Source: an uncultured Lactobacillaceae bacterium (GTDB lineage Bacteria > Bacillota > Bacilli > Lactobacillales > Lactobacillaceae). From it: DNA of 61,720 nucleotides. The notes below the pieces were generated by a model that saw nothing but the letters and a program-made list of their open reading frames with translations, did not search any database and was not told the origin of the DNA. The translations under genes and the position numbers were made by a program. The stretch covers positions 1-61,720 of the forward strand of contig CAWUZD010000030.1 of NCBI GenBank assembly GCA_963926925.1, given 5' to 3'. Positions 9,224-18,358 of the stretch are shown piece after piece (position 1 is the first letter of the stretch; each line of letters opens with the position of its first letter).

Positions 9224-10117
9224 ATGATTAATGAAAAACCTACATTAAAATCTTCATTAAAAGCCTTTTTGTACTTACTACCAATGTTAGTAATTACAAT
9301 CACTTTTAATATTTATCCAATTATTGATTCATTTTTAATGAGTCTTTATACCAAATATGATTTCTTTACTAACAAGGTTTATCAAATGGGATTTGGTAAC
9401 TTTGTTTATTTGTGGAATGACCCGAACTTCCACTTAGCAGTTCGTAACACCTTAATCTTCGTATTAGGTGTTGTACCCGCAACTGTTATTATTTCATTAA
9501 TTATTGCGTTATTACTTAATAAAATTAAATTCCTATCAAGTTTCTTTAGAACTGTTTACTTCTTACCATTCGTAACAAGTACCGTTGCTATCGCGATGGT
9601 ATGGAATTGGATTTATAATTCTGACTATGGTTTGTTAAACTATTTCTTAGGCTTTTTTGGCATTCATCCCATTAATTGGTTAACGAGTCCCCACTATGCC
9701 ATGATTGCCTTAATCATTATGAGTATTTGGAAAGGATTAGGTTTTAATATTATTCTTTTCCTTGTTGGTATTAATAATATCGACAAAACTTACTATGAAG
9801 CAGCAGCCATTGATGGTGCGAATAGTTGGCAACAATTTCGTTACATTACTTTACCATTATTATCACCAATTACTTTCCTAGTTAGTGTTAATGGCATTAT
9901 TGAAAGTTTTAAAGTATTTGACGGTATTTACGCCCTCTTCCAAGGCACACCGGGACCAAGCAACTCATGCTTAACTTTGGTTTACTACTTATACGATAAG
10001 TTCTATACCGAATGGCAATACGGCGTAGCGGCAGCAAGTGGCGTTGTCTTATTCTTCTTAATTTTATTAGTCACTATTTTGCAATTCTTATATTCACGTA
10101 AACACGTTCATTACTAA
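9224..10117 (+). CDS. ABC transporter permease (CUT1 family, UgpA/MalF-like)
   Basis: Six TM segments and the EAA loop YYEAAAIDGANSWQQFRYITLPLL. Its start immediately follows the ATPase stop (TAGATG). Confidence 0.85.
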   Translation: MINEKPTLKSSLKAFLYLLPMLVITITFNIYPIIDSFLMSLYTKYDFFTNKVYQMGFGNFVYLWNDPNFHLAVRNTLIFVLGVVPATVIISLIIALLLNKIKFLSSFFRTVYFLPFVTSTVAIAMVWNWIYNSDYGLLNYFLGFFGIHPINWLTSPHYAMIALIIMSIWKGLGFNIILFLVGINNIDKTYYEAAAIDGANSWQQFRYITLPLLSPITFLVSVNGIIESFKVFDGIYALFQGTPGPSNSCLTLVYYLYDKFYTEWQYGVAAASGVVLFFLILLVTILQFLYSRKHVHY

Positions 10118-10135
10118 TAAATAAGGAGCTACATA

Positions 10136-10975
10136 ATGAAATTAAGTACAAAAAAAGTTATTAGTAAAATCCTAATTTATTTAATTGTTATTCTTGGCGC
10201 AATTACCATGTTGATTCCATTCTTATGGATGATTTCAACATCATTAAAATCTGGTCCAGAAACTATCAAGATTCCACCAATTTGGATTCCTAAAGTCTTA
10301 CGGTGGTCTAACTATGTAGCTGCTTGGCATGCTGCCCCATTTGGCCAATACTTTATTAACAGTATTATTGTTACTGTAGTAACAACCCTTGGCCAATTAT
10401 TTACAAGTATTTTGGCAGCCTTTGCTTTTTCAAAGTTAAAGTTCTGGGGTAAAAACATTATCTTCATGATTTTCTTAGGAACAATGATGGTCCCTAGTGA
10501 AATGTTAATTATTCCTAACTTTGTTACTTTATCAAGAATGCATTTGATTAATACTTATCCAGCCTTGATTTTGCCATATTTAGCTAGTTTCTTTACTGTT
10601 TTCACATTACGGCAAACTTTCCAAGCGGTTCCTGATCAAATTTATTATGCTGCTAAGATTGATGGGGCTTCTGACTGGCGGTTCCTCTGGACAATCTTAG
10701 TACCATTATCAAAATCAGGTATTACGGCTGTCGCTGTCTTACAAGTTATCAGTTGTTGGAACGCCTTCATGTGGCCATTGATTGTTACTAATAGTAATAC
10801 GATGCGGACCTTACCAGTTGGGTTACAAGCCTTCACCACTGATGCGGGCACTACTTACCAACTATTAATGGCAGCTTCAACATTCGTCATTATTCCAATG
10901 GTAATTTTGTACTTATTCTTACAAAAATACATCATTGCTGGTATTTCCAAGTCAGGTTCTGGCTTGAAAGGTTAA
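10136..10975 (+). CDS. ABC transporter permease (CUT1 family, UgpE/MalG-like)
   Basis: EAA loop YYAAKIDGASDWRFLWTILVPL. AAGGAG SD. Confidence 0.85.
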   Translation: MKLSTKKVISKILIYLIVILGAITMLIPFLWMISTSLKSGPETIKIPPIWIPKVLRWSNYVAAWHAAPFGQYFINSIIVTVVTTLGQLFTSILAAFAFSKLKFWGKNIIFMIFLGTMMVPSEMLIIPNFVTLSRMHLINTYPALILPYLASFFTVFTLRQTFQAVPDQIYYAAKIDGASDWRFLWTILVPLSKSGITAVAVLQVISCWNAFMWPLIVTNSNTMRTLPVGLQAFTTDAGTTYQLLMAASTFVIIPMVILYLFLQKYIIAGISKSGSGLKG

Positions 10976-10984
10976 TTTAAACAC

Positions 10985-11020
10985 AAAAAAGCCTTGTGAT
11001 GTTATATCACAAGGCTTTTT
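10985..11020. terminator. Bidirectional terminator between the ABC permease and smpB
   Basis: A6-GCCTTGTGAT-gttat-ATCACAAGGC-T5, a perfect 10-bp stem. Confidence 0.85.
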
Positions 11021-11024
11021 ATTT

Positions 11025-11501
11025 TTACCACTTATTCTTAATTACCCGTTCCATTTCACGGTCTTGAGCACGACGCTTCAAAGTTTCACGCTTATCATAT
11101 TCGTGTTTACCTTGAGCAACACCTAATGAAACTTTGGCAAAGCCATGTTTCAAATAAATGCTTAATGGTACAAGGGTAATCCCTTGATTTTGGGTAATGC
11201 CAGCTAATTTAGAAATTTCTTTCTTATGCAAAAGTAACTTACGATTCCGCCGGGGATCAACGTTAAATTGATTTCCCTGTTCATATGGACTAATATGCAC
11301 ATTTTCTAACCATACTTGACCATGCTTAACTTGAGCAAAGCCATCACGTAAGTTAATTTTACCAGCACGTACTGATTTAATTTCAGTCCCTGTTAAAGCA
11401 ATTCCTGCTTCATAGGTACTCAAAATATTATAATCATGGCGTGCTTTTTTATTTTGTGCTAGTAAATTTTGTGGCTTTTGTTTAGTTTTTTTCTTCGCCA
11501 T
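11025..11501 (-). CDS. smpB: SsrA-binding protein SmpB
   Basis: 158 aa with [14 protein letters not shown] and the typical SmpB C-terminal basic tail. Confidence 0.9.
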   Translation of the reverse strand: MAKKKTKQKPQNLLAQNKKARHDYNILSTYEAGIALTGTEIKSVRAGKINLRDGFAQVKHGQVWLENVHISPYEQGNQFNVDPRRNRKLLLHKKEISKLAGITQNQGITLVPLSIYLKHGFAKVSLGVAQGKHEYDKRETLKRRAQDREMERVIKNKW

Positions 11502-11538
11502 GGTTAATCACCTATCCTTATTTCCAGATGATCAAATA

Positions 11539-13899
11539 TTATTTATGATTGCGTTGGATACGAATACGGTTAAATGGCTTTTTACCACCACGCCGTTTAT
11601 TGTTGTTACCGCGACCACCATTCCGACGAGGACGATTACTATTATTGTTACCGTTATTATCGCGTTGTGGCATTGGACGCCGCCGTTTGCTCCAATCAAC
11701 TAACTTGCCTAAGTCACTAGTTGGTGCATTTTCTGGATCAACTAATGAGAAGTCAACTTCATGAGCATCAATATCAACACGATCTAATTTTACCTTAACT
11801 GGTTGGCCAATTCTAAAAGTACGCTTCGTGTGTTCACCAACTAATGCCATTTGACTTTCAACAAAGTCATAATAGTCATCAGTCATGTTAGAAATGTGTA
11901 CTAAACCTTCAACAGTGTTTGGCAAAGTAATAAACATACCAAAGCTGGTTGTTGAACCAACTACACCATCAAATTCTTGACCAACTTTGTCAGCCATGTA
12001 TTCAGCTTTCTTCAAGTCATCGTTATCACGTTCAGCGTCAACAGCCACACGTTCTTGCGTTGAACTTTGCATAGCAACGTCTGGTAATTGCACTGCCCAT
12101 GTCTTCTTCACTTCTGGAGAAGTACCTTGTTCTAAGTAACTGTGAATCATCCGGTGACCGAACAAGTCAGGATAACGTCTGATTGGTGAAGTAAAGTGAG
12201 TGTAGTACTTTGCAGCCAAACCAAAGTGACCTAATAATTCATCGGAATACCGTGCTTGTTTCATACTCCGTAATGCCATTGTTGTTACTAAGGCTTCTTC
12301 AGGCGTACCAGCAACTTGTGTTAAGATATTTTGCAATGTCTTTGGTTGAACTGGTCCTTTACTATCACCTTTAGGAACAACAACGCCAAAACTAGAAACA
12401 AATTCAATAAAATCATGTAATTTTTCTTCATCTGGTGTTTCGTGAACACGATAGATGAATGGTACATGCATCTTATAGAAATGTTCAGCAACTGTTTCAT
12501 TAGCAACTAACATGAATGATTCAATCATTCGTTCAGCAATGCCACGTTGCCGTAAAACGATATCAATTGGATGACCTTCTTCATCACAAATGATCTTGGC
12601 TTCGTCTTCTTCAAAGTCAATTGCACCACGAGCATGCCGCATATTTGCCAAAATTTCATGCAATTCAGCCATAGCATGGAACATTGGTAATAACTTTTCA
12701 TAACGTTTTTCTAATTCAGGATCATGATCTTCCAAAATCTTATTAACGTTATTGTAAGTCATCCGTTCCGTTGAACGAATTACACTTGGGAAGATTTCAT
12801 GTTTAACAACTTTACCTTCTTGGTCAATTTCCATTTGGCAAGTTAAGGCAAGCCGTTCAACATGTGGGTTCAATGAACAAATACCATTAGAAAGCTTGAA
12901 TGGCAACATTGGAATAACCCGGTCAGTCAAGTATACACTGGTACCACGTTCATAAGCGTCACGATCCAATGGTGAACCTGGTGTTACGTAGTGACTAACA
13001 TCAGCAATGTGAACACCTAAATGGAAGTGACCATTGTCCATCTTCCAAACATTAACCGCATCGTCGAAGTCTTTAGAATCATCACCATCAATAGTAACAA
13101 CATATTGATCAGTTAAATCACGCCGACCAACTTTTTCTTCTGGTAATACTTCATCAGGAATTGCTTCTGCTTGTGCAATTGCTTCTTCTGAAAAGTCAGT
13201 GGTAATGTTATGTTCTTCAACAATTGTTGTAACATCAACACCAGGAGCTGTTTTATTACCTAAAATTTGGGTAGCAATGCCCCGTAACATATCAGGATGT
13301 TGTGCACTCAAATAATGGGTAATTTCAGCAACAACGATATCACCTTGTTGTGGTTCAATACCGGTATCATCTAATAATAATGAATATTTACTTAATTTCT
13401 TTTGATGACTAGTAATAACACCTAGTTTACCAGTCCGCCGGGTCTTTTCAGATGTAAATGGTGTAAATTCACCAACTAACCGGGTTACTTTATGGTCAAC
13501 AATTTCAATAATTGCACCTTCAGCACCACGATCATCGTCATTCTTAGCCTGCCGAGTAATTAATACCTTAACGGTGTCACCATCTAAGGCATAATTAGTA
13601 GCAACTGGTGGAATGAAGATATCCTTAGCTTTCTTTTCAGGATCAAAGTTAACAAAACCAAAACCACGATCAGTAGCGTGAAATTCGCCTTCAACGATTT
13701 CAGCTGGTTTAGCTAATTGATAGTTATCATTATTTACACTAAGAACCCCGTTTTCAACTAAATCACTTAAGATTGGCATTAAATCCTTAGCACTTCTTAA
13801 ATCCAATGCTTGTTTCAAAGTAGCAACGGTGTGCTTACGATTTTCATGCAATGCGATTTCAGATAAAACAGTGGCACGTAATTGTGATAAATCTAACAT
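11539..13899 (-). CDS. rnr: Ribonuclease R
   Basis: 786 aa with an RNB catalytic domain (TIDGDDSKDFDDAV), cold-shock and S1 domains, and a long Arg/Asn/Gly-rich basic C-terminal tail. Confidence 0.9.
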   Translation of the reverse strand: MLDLSQLRATVLSEIALHENRKHTVATLKQALDLRSAKDLMPILSDLVENGVLSVNNDNYQLAKPAEIVEGEFHATDRGFGFVNFDPEKKAKDIFIPPVATNYALDGDTVKVLITRQAKNDDDRGAEGAIIEIVDHKVTRLVGEFTPFTSEKTRRTGKLGVITSHQKKLSKYSLLLDDTGIEPQQGDIVVAEITHYLSAQHPDMLRGIATQILGNKTAPGVDVTTIVEEHNITTDFSEEAIAQAEAIPDEVLPEEKVGRRDLTDQYVVTIDGDDSKDFDDAVNVWKMDNGHFHLGVHIADVSHYVTPGSPLDRDAYERGTSVYLTDRVIPMLPFKLSNGICSLNPHVERLALTCQMEIDQEGKVVKHEIFPSVIRSTERMTYNNVNKILEDHDPELEKRYEKLLPMFHAMAELHEILANMRHARGAIDFEEDEAKIICDEEGHPIDIVLRQRGIAERMIESFMLVANETVAEHFYKMHVPFIYRVHETPDEEKLHDFIEFVSSFGVVVPKGDSKGPVQPKTLQNILTQVAGTPEEALVTTMALRSMKQARYSDELLGHFGLAAKYYTHFTSPIRRYPDLFGHRMIHSYLEQGTSPEVKKTWAVQLPDVAMQSSTQERVAVDAERDNDDLKKAEYMADKVGQEFDGVVGSTTSFGMFITLPNTVEGLVHISNMTDDYYDFVESQMALVGEHTKRTFRIGQPVKVKLDRVDIDAHEVDFSLVDPENAPTSDLGKLVDWSKRRRPMPQRDNNGNNNSNRPRRNGGRGNNNKRRGGKKPFNRIRIQRNHK

Positions 13900-13952
13900 T
13901 TAGGCACCTCTTTCTATAAAATTGCTAGTTAATTATTTTGATATTCATTCAT

Positions 13953-13983
13953 AAAAAAAGAGACTAGTACATTCACCAGTCTC
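13953..13983 (-). terminator. Candidate secG terminator
   Basis: On the minus strand, GAGACT-ggtgaatgtact-AGTCTC is followed by T7. The stem is short (6 bp). Confidence 0.5.
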
Positions 13984-14032
13984 AAATTATTTTCATTATT
14001 TAACTCAAGACTTTGTCATTTATGGCAGCAAT

Positions 14033-14269
14033 CTAATGCGATGACAAGTAAGCTAACCAAATGGCAAAGACAAAGAATAAGAATCCTAATACAACCGTCA
14101 CACGTTCCATTACGGCTTCAAAACCGCGTGACTTCTGCTTGCCAAATAGATCAGCTGCACCACCAGACAAAGCACTCAATGCGTCTTGTTGTTTACTTGG
14201 TTGGATCAATACTGCAATAATAATTAAAATTGCATCAATGATTAAAAGCGTCTGAACAACACTATACAA
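14033..14269 (-). CDS. secG: Preprotein translocase subunit SecG
   Basis: 78 aa with two TM segments and a Gly-rich loop (LSGGAADLFG). It uses a TTG start behind AAAGGAG and shows conserved secG-rnr-smpB synteny. Confidence 0.85.
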   Translation of the reverse strand: MYSVVQTLLIIDAILIIIAVLIQPSKQQDALSALSGGAADLFGKQKSRGFEAVMERVTVVLGFLFFVFAIWLAYLSSH

Positions 14270-14341
14270 AGCGCTCGCTCCTTTAATTACTGTTACTTTA
14301 ATGATAGCATATTAATATTTTACAAACAAGTAAACACATTA

Positions 14342-15880
14342 TCAACTAAAATCCGACAGTGATAAAATCTTATGCCGAATGCGAGCAATATTAGCCCGGT
14401 CAGTCATTACTACCAAAATATCACCATCACGAATAATCGTATCGCCATGCGGAATTAATTCGTCTTCACCACGACGAATGGCAATTAATAACATGTCCTT
14501 AGGCCATTTGATTTCACGCACCTGTTTCCCAGATAAGGTACTTCCTAAGAAAACCGGTACTTCCATCCGTTCAGGATGATGAATATGTTCAACACGATTA
14601 GTTGCTACTAAACCAGCTAACAAAGAGTTGTAAATTGGAGCACCACCCAAGATATCAACTACCATGTAAGCTACCAATGACAAAATAGCCAATGGCATCA
14701 AGTGCCGTAATGAACCAACCATTTCTGTTACTAATAAAATAGCTGTAAATGGTGCTTTCCCAATTCCGGCAAAGTAACCGGCCATTGAAAAGATAATAAT
14801 ATTCATTAAGTAAACACGTGGTAATAACCGGAGTTTAACCATAATAACGCCATAAATAGCGCCCAAAATGGCCCCTAAAGACAAGATTGGTAAGAAAATA
14901 CCACCTGGTAATCCGGAACCATATGAAATCATTGAAAAAACAAATCGTAAGATAAACAAACCAATTAACACATGTAATGGCGAAATAGCAGCATTAAAAT
15001 GTAAAATAATCGCATTCCCACCACCTAAATAATTAGGAAAATACATGCCAATTGGAATAATTAATAATAATGGCACAAGACCATGTAAGCAACGGGGAAT
15101 ATGAATTAGTTTTTTGTACCAGCGTGGCATTGCTAATAATACCCGTTGATATAAGTAGCCAAAAAGACCAAGAATCACACCTAATACTACTAAGTGCCAA
15201 AATTGGTTAATTGGTAAACTTTTAATTGTTGTTAAGTGCAAAATTGGCGTTAAACCAAATACTTTCAAAGCAACCAAATCTGCCCCAATTGAACTAGCTA
15301 AACAACTAATCCATAAAATTGGTGAAAAGTTATGGTAAACTTCTTCCAAAACAAATAATGTACCCGCAATTGGGGCATTAAAAGCGGCTGATAAGCCTGC
15401 AGCAGCCCCACTGGCAATTAAAACACGTCTTTCAATTGGGGAACGACTCGTATTTTCAGCAATTCCTTGCCCAACGGCTGCTCCTAATTGAATTGATGGC
15501 CCTTCACGTCCTAAAAATAAACCAGGACCAATGGCTAAAACACCAGAAACAAATTTTTTCCAAAGAATTGGCCACCATTTAGTTTCTAATTCGCCTTCAA
15601 GTTGTCCTTCAACTTGGGGAATACCTGATCCAGAAATATTAGGTTCAGTATGTAAGAGCCAGCCAATGAATAAGCCAACCAAAATAATGCCACCAATCAT
15701 CGCAACTAACCACCATGGATGATGAATTAATAATGGATCAACTTTAACAAACCAGCCCAAAACATCGTCAATTAATACACGAAAAAGACTAATAACTGCT
15801 CCCGTTATAATACCAACAACTAAGCCCCATAAAATAAAATACACCCGGGCAAAGTCGAATCGCGGCAATTTTGCTTTCAT
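14342..15880 (-). CDS. ClC family voltage-gated chloride channel/H+-Cl- antiporter with a C-terminal TrkA-C (RCK_C) domain
   Basis: Has the selectivity motifs GSGIP, GREGP and GIFLP, and a C-terminal GDILVVMTDRANIARI domain. Confidence 0.85.
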   Translation of the reverse strand: MKAKLPRFDFARVYFILWGLVVGIITGAVISLFRVLIDDVLGWFVKVDPLLIHHPWWLVAMIGGIILVGLFIGWLLHTEPNISGSGIPQVEGQLEGELETKWWPILWKKFVSGVLAIGPGLFLGREGPSIQLGAAVGQGIAENTSRSPIERRVLIASGAAAGLSAAFNAPIAGTLFVLEEVYHNFSPILWISCLASSIGADLVALKVFGLTPILHLTTIKSLPINQFWHLVVLGVILGLFGYLYQRVLLAMPRWYKKLIHIPRCLHGLVPLLLIIPIGMYFPNYLGGGNAIILHFNAAISPLHVLIGLFILRFVFSMISYGSGLPGGIFLPILSLGAILGAIYGVIMVKLRLLPRVYLMNIIIFSMAGYFAGIGKAPFTAILLVTEMVGSLRHLMPLAILSLVAYMVVDILGGAPIYNSLLAGLVATNRVEHIHHPERMEVPVFLGSTLSGKQVREIKWPKDMLLIAIRRGEDELIPHGDTIIRDGDILVVMTDRANIARIRHKILSLSDFS

Positions 15881-15952
15881 CTATGCCGCGCCTCCTTATA
15901 CCTATTATTAACATAAAAATTATAACACAATTAGAAAAATTTTTAGGTCGCC

Positions 15953-15995
15953 CAAAACAAAAAGGAACTTTCTCATAATCATAAGAAAGTTCCTT
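15953..15995 (-). terminator. eno terminator
   Basis: On the minus strand, AAGGAACTTTCT-tatgattatg-AGAAAGTTCCTT is followed by TTTTGTTTT. Confidence 0.75.
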
Positions 15996-16012
15996 AACAT
16001 AATATGATTCAA

Positions 16013-17323
<1,311 letters not shown>

Positions 17324-18085
17324 TTAGTTATCTAAATTATAATGTACTAATTTTAAAAACATTTGTGGATCCAAGCTTGCTTTACCAACTAATACGCCAT
17401 CAATATCATTTTGTAACATAATACCTCGAATATTAGTTTCATCGACTAAACCGCCATAAACAATATGTACTTGTTGGGCAGTAGTAGCATCATAACGATC
17501 ATTAATTGCTTGCCGAATTAATTGTGCAGCAGCTTGAATTTCTGTTAAAGTGACTGTTGCTTGGGTTTCGGTTGCCCAAATTGGTTCATAAGCAATGGTC
17601 ATTTGTGCAGCTTGATCAGCACTTACGCCAACTAAATCATCGTTAATTTCGCCAATTAACCATTCCTTAGCTTCATTACTGCTATGTACCTTATTATTTT
17701 CACCAACACACAAAATTGGTAACATGTGGTTACGATACAAGGCTTGCACTTTCCGATTAACTTGGGCATCATCTTCACCAAAATAACCCCGTCTTTCAGA
17801 ATAACCAACAATACCATAAGTAACACCCATGTCACTTAAGACTTGTGGTGATGATTCACCAGTAAAAGCACCAGCTTCTTCAAAATAACTATTTTCAGAA
17901 GCAACCTTAAGTGGTGTATCCTTGGCCGCAGCTAATAATGTTGATAAATCTAAGGCCGGTGCAGCAATAACCGTAATCACTTCACTAGCAGCAGGCAAAT
18001 TACCCTTAATTGCTTGCATATATGTTTGGGTTTCTTTAGGTCCCTTATTCATTTTCCAATTACCAATAACCATCGGAATTCTCAT
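17324..18085 (-). CDS. tpiA: Triosephosphate isomerase homolog with non-canonical active-site and phosphate-binding motifs
   Basis: 253 aa from ATG 18085 (MRIPMVIGNWKMN). It has a TIM-barrel family layout and sits upstream of eno. It reads GYSERR instead of GHSERR, AYEPIWATETQ instead of AYEPxWAIGTG, YGGL instead of YGGS, and VGKASL instead of GGASL. Confidence 0.75.
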   Translation of the reverse strand: MRIPMVIGNWKMNKGPKETQTYMQAIKGNLPAASEVITVIAAPALDLSTLLAAAKDTPLKVASENSYFEEAGAFTGESSPQVLSDMGVTYGIVGYSERRGYFGEDDAQVNRKVQALYRNHMLPILCVGENNKVHSSNEAKEWLIGEINDDLVGVSADQAAQMTIAYEPIWATETQATVTLTEIQAAAQLIRQAINDRYDATTAQQVHIVYGGLVDETNIRGIMLQNDIDGVLVGKASLDPQMFLKLVHYNLDN

Positions 18086-18182
18086 GATGAACACCAACTT
18101 TTTTCATTGATTTGTACTTTAAGTACATTTACTTTAATTTTATCTTAATTGTGATTGATAACACAACTAAAAATAACGGCAT

Positions 18183-18210
18183 AAAAAAAGTGATGTCACG
18201 AAACATCACT
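18183..18210 (-). terminator. Terminator downstream of uvrA
   Basis: On the minus strand, AGTGATGT-ttcgtg-ACATCACT is followed by T7. It lies 149 nt beyond the uvrA stop. Confidence 0.8.
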
Positions 18211-18358
18211 TATTACACCAAAAAAGATATATCAATCACTTTTACCCCATAAAATTATTTGATCGTCTACTTCTCCAAAGTCGAAAATGTGTATTAATAC
18301 ATCCCTTGGTACGTTAAAATTATAGCAATCATTTCTAATATTTTTCAAGAAATACTCC

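Noticed and set aside
10976-11024. I expected a tmRNA (ssrA) gene downstream of smpB, as in B. subtilis.
   Set aside because: Only 49 nt separate smpB from the convergent ABC permease gene, and a single terminator hairpin fills it. There is no tRNA-like acceptor/T-arm and no tag reading frame.
11500-11764. Two plus-strand ORFs (67 and 71 aa, Arg/Leu/Pro-rich) at the rnr 3' end.
   Set aside because: They are the antisense reading of the repetitive Arg/Asn/Gly-rich tail of RNase R. The repetitive codons automatically give open antisense frames.
18113-18301. The TGTA...TACA palindromes, considered as CcpA cre sites.
   Set aside because: They lack the central CG and the spacing of the cre consensus (TGWAANCGNTNWCA). 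I report them only as unexplained inverted repeats.
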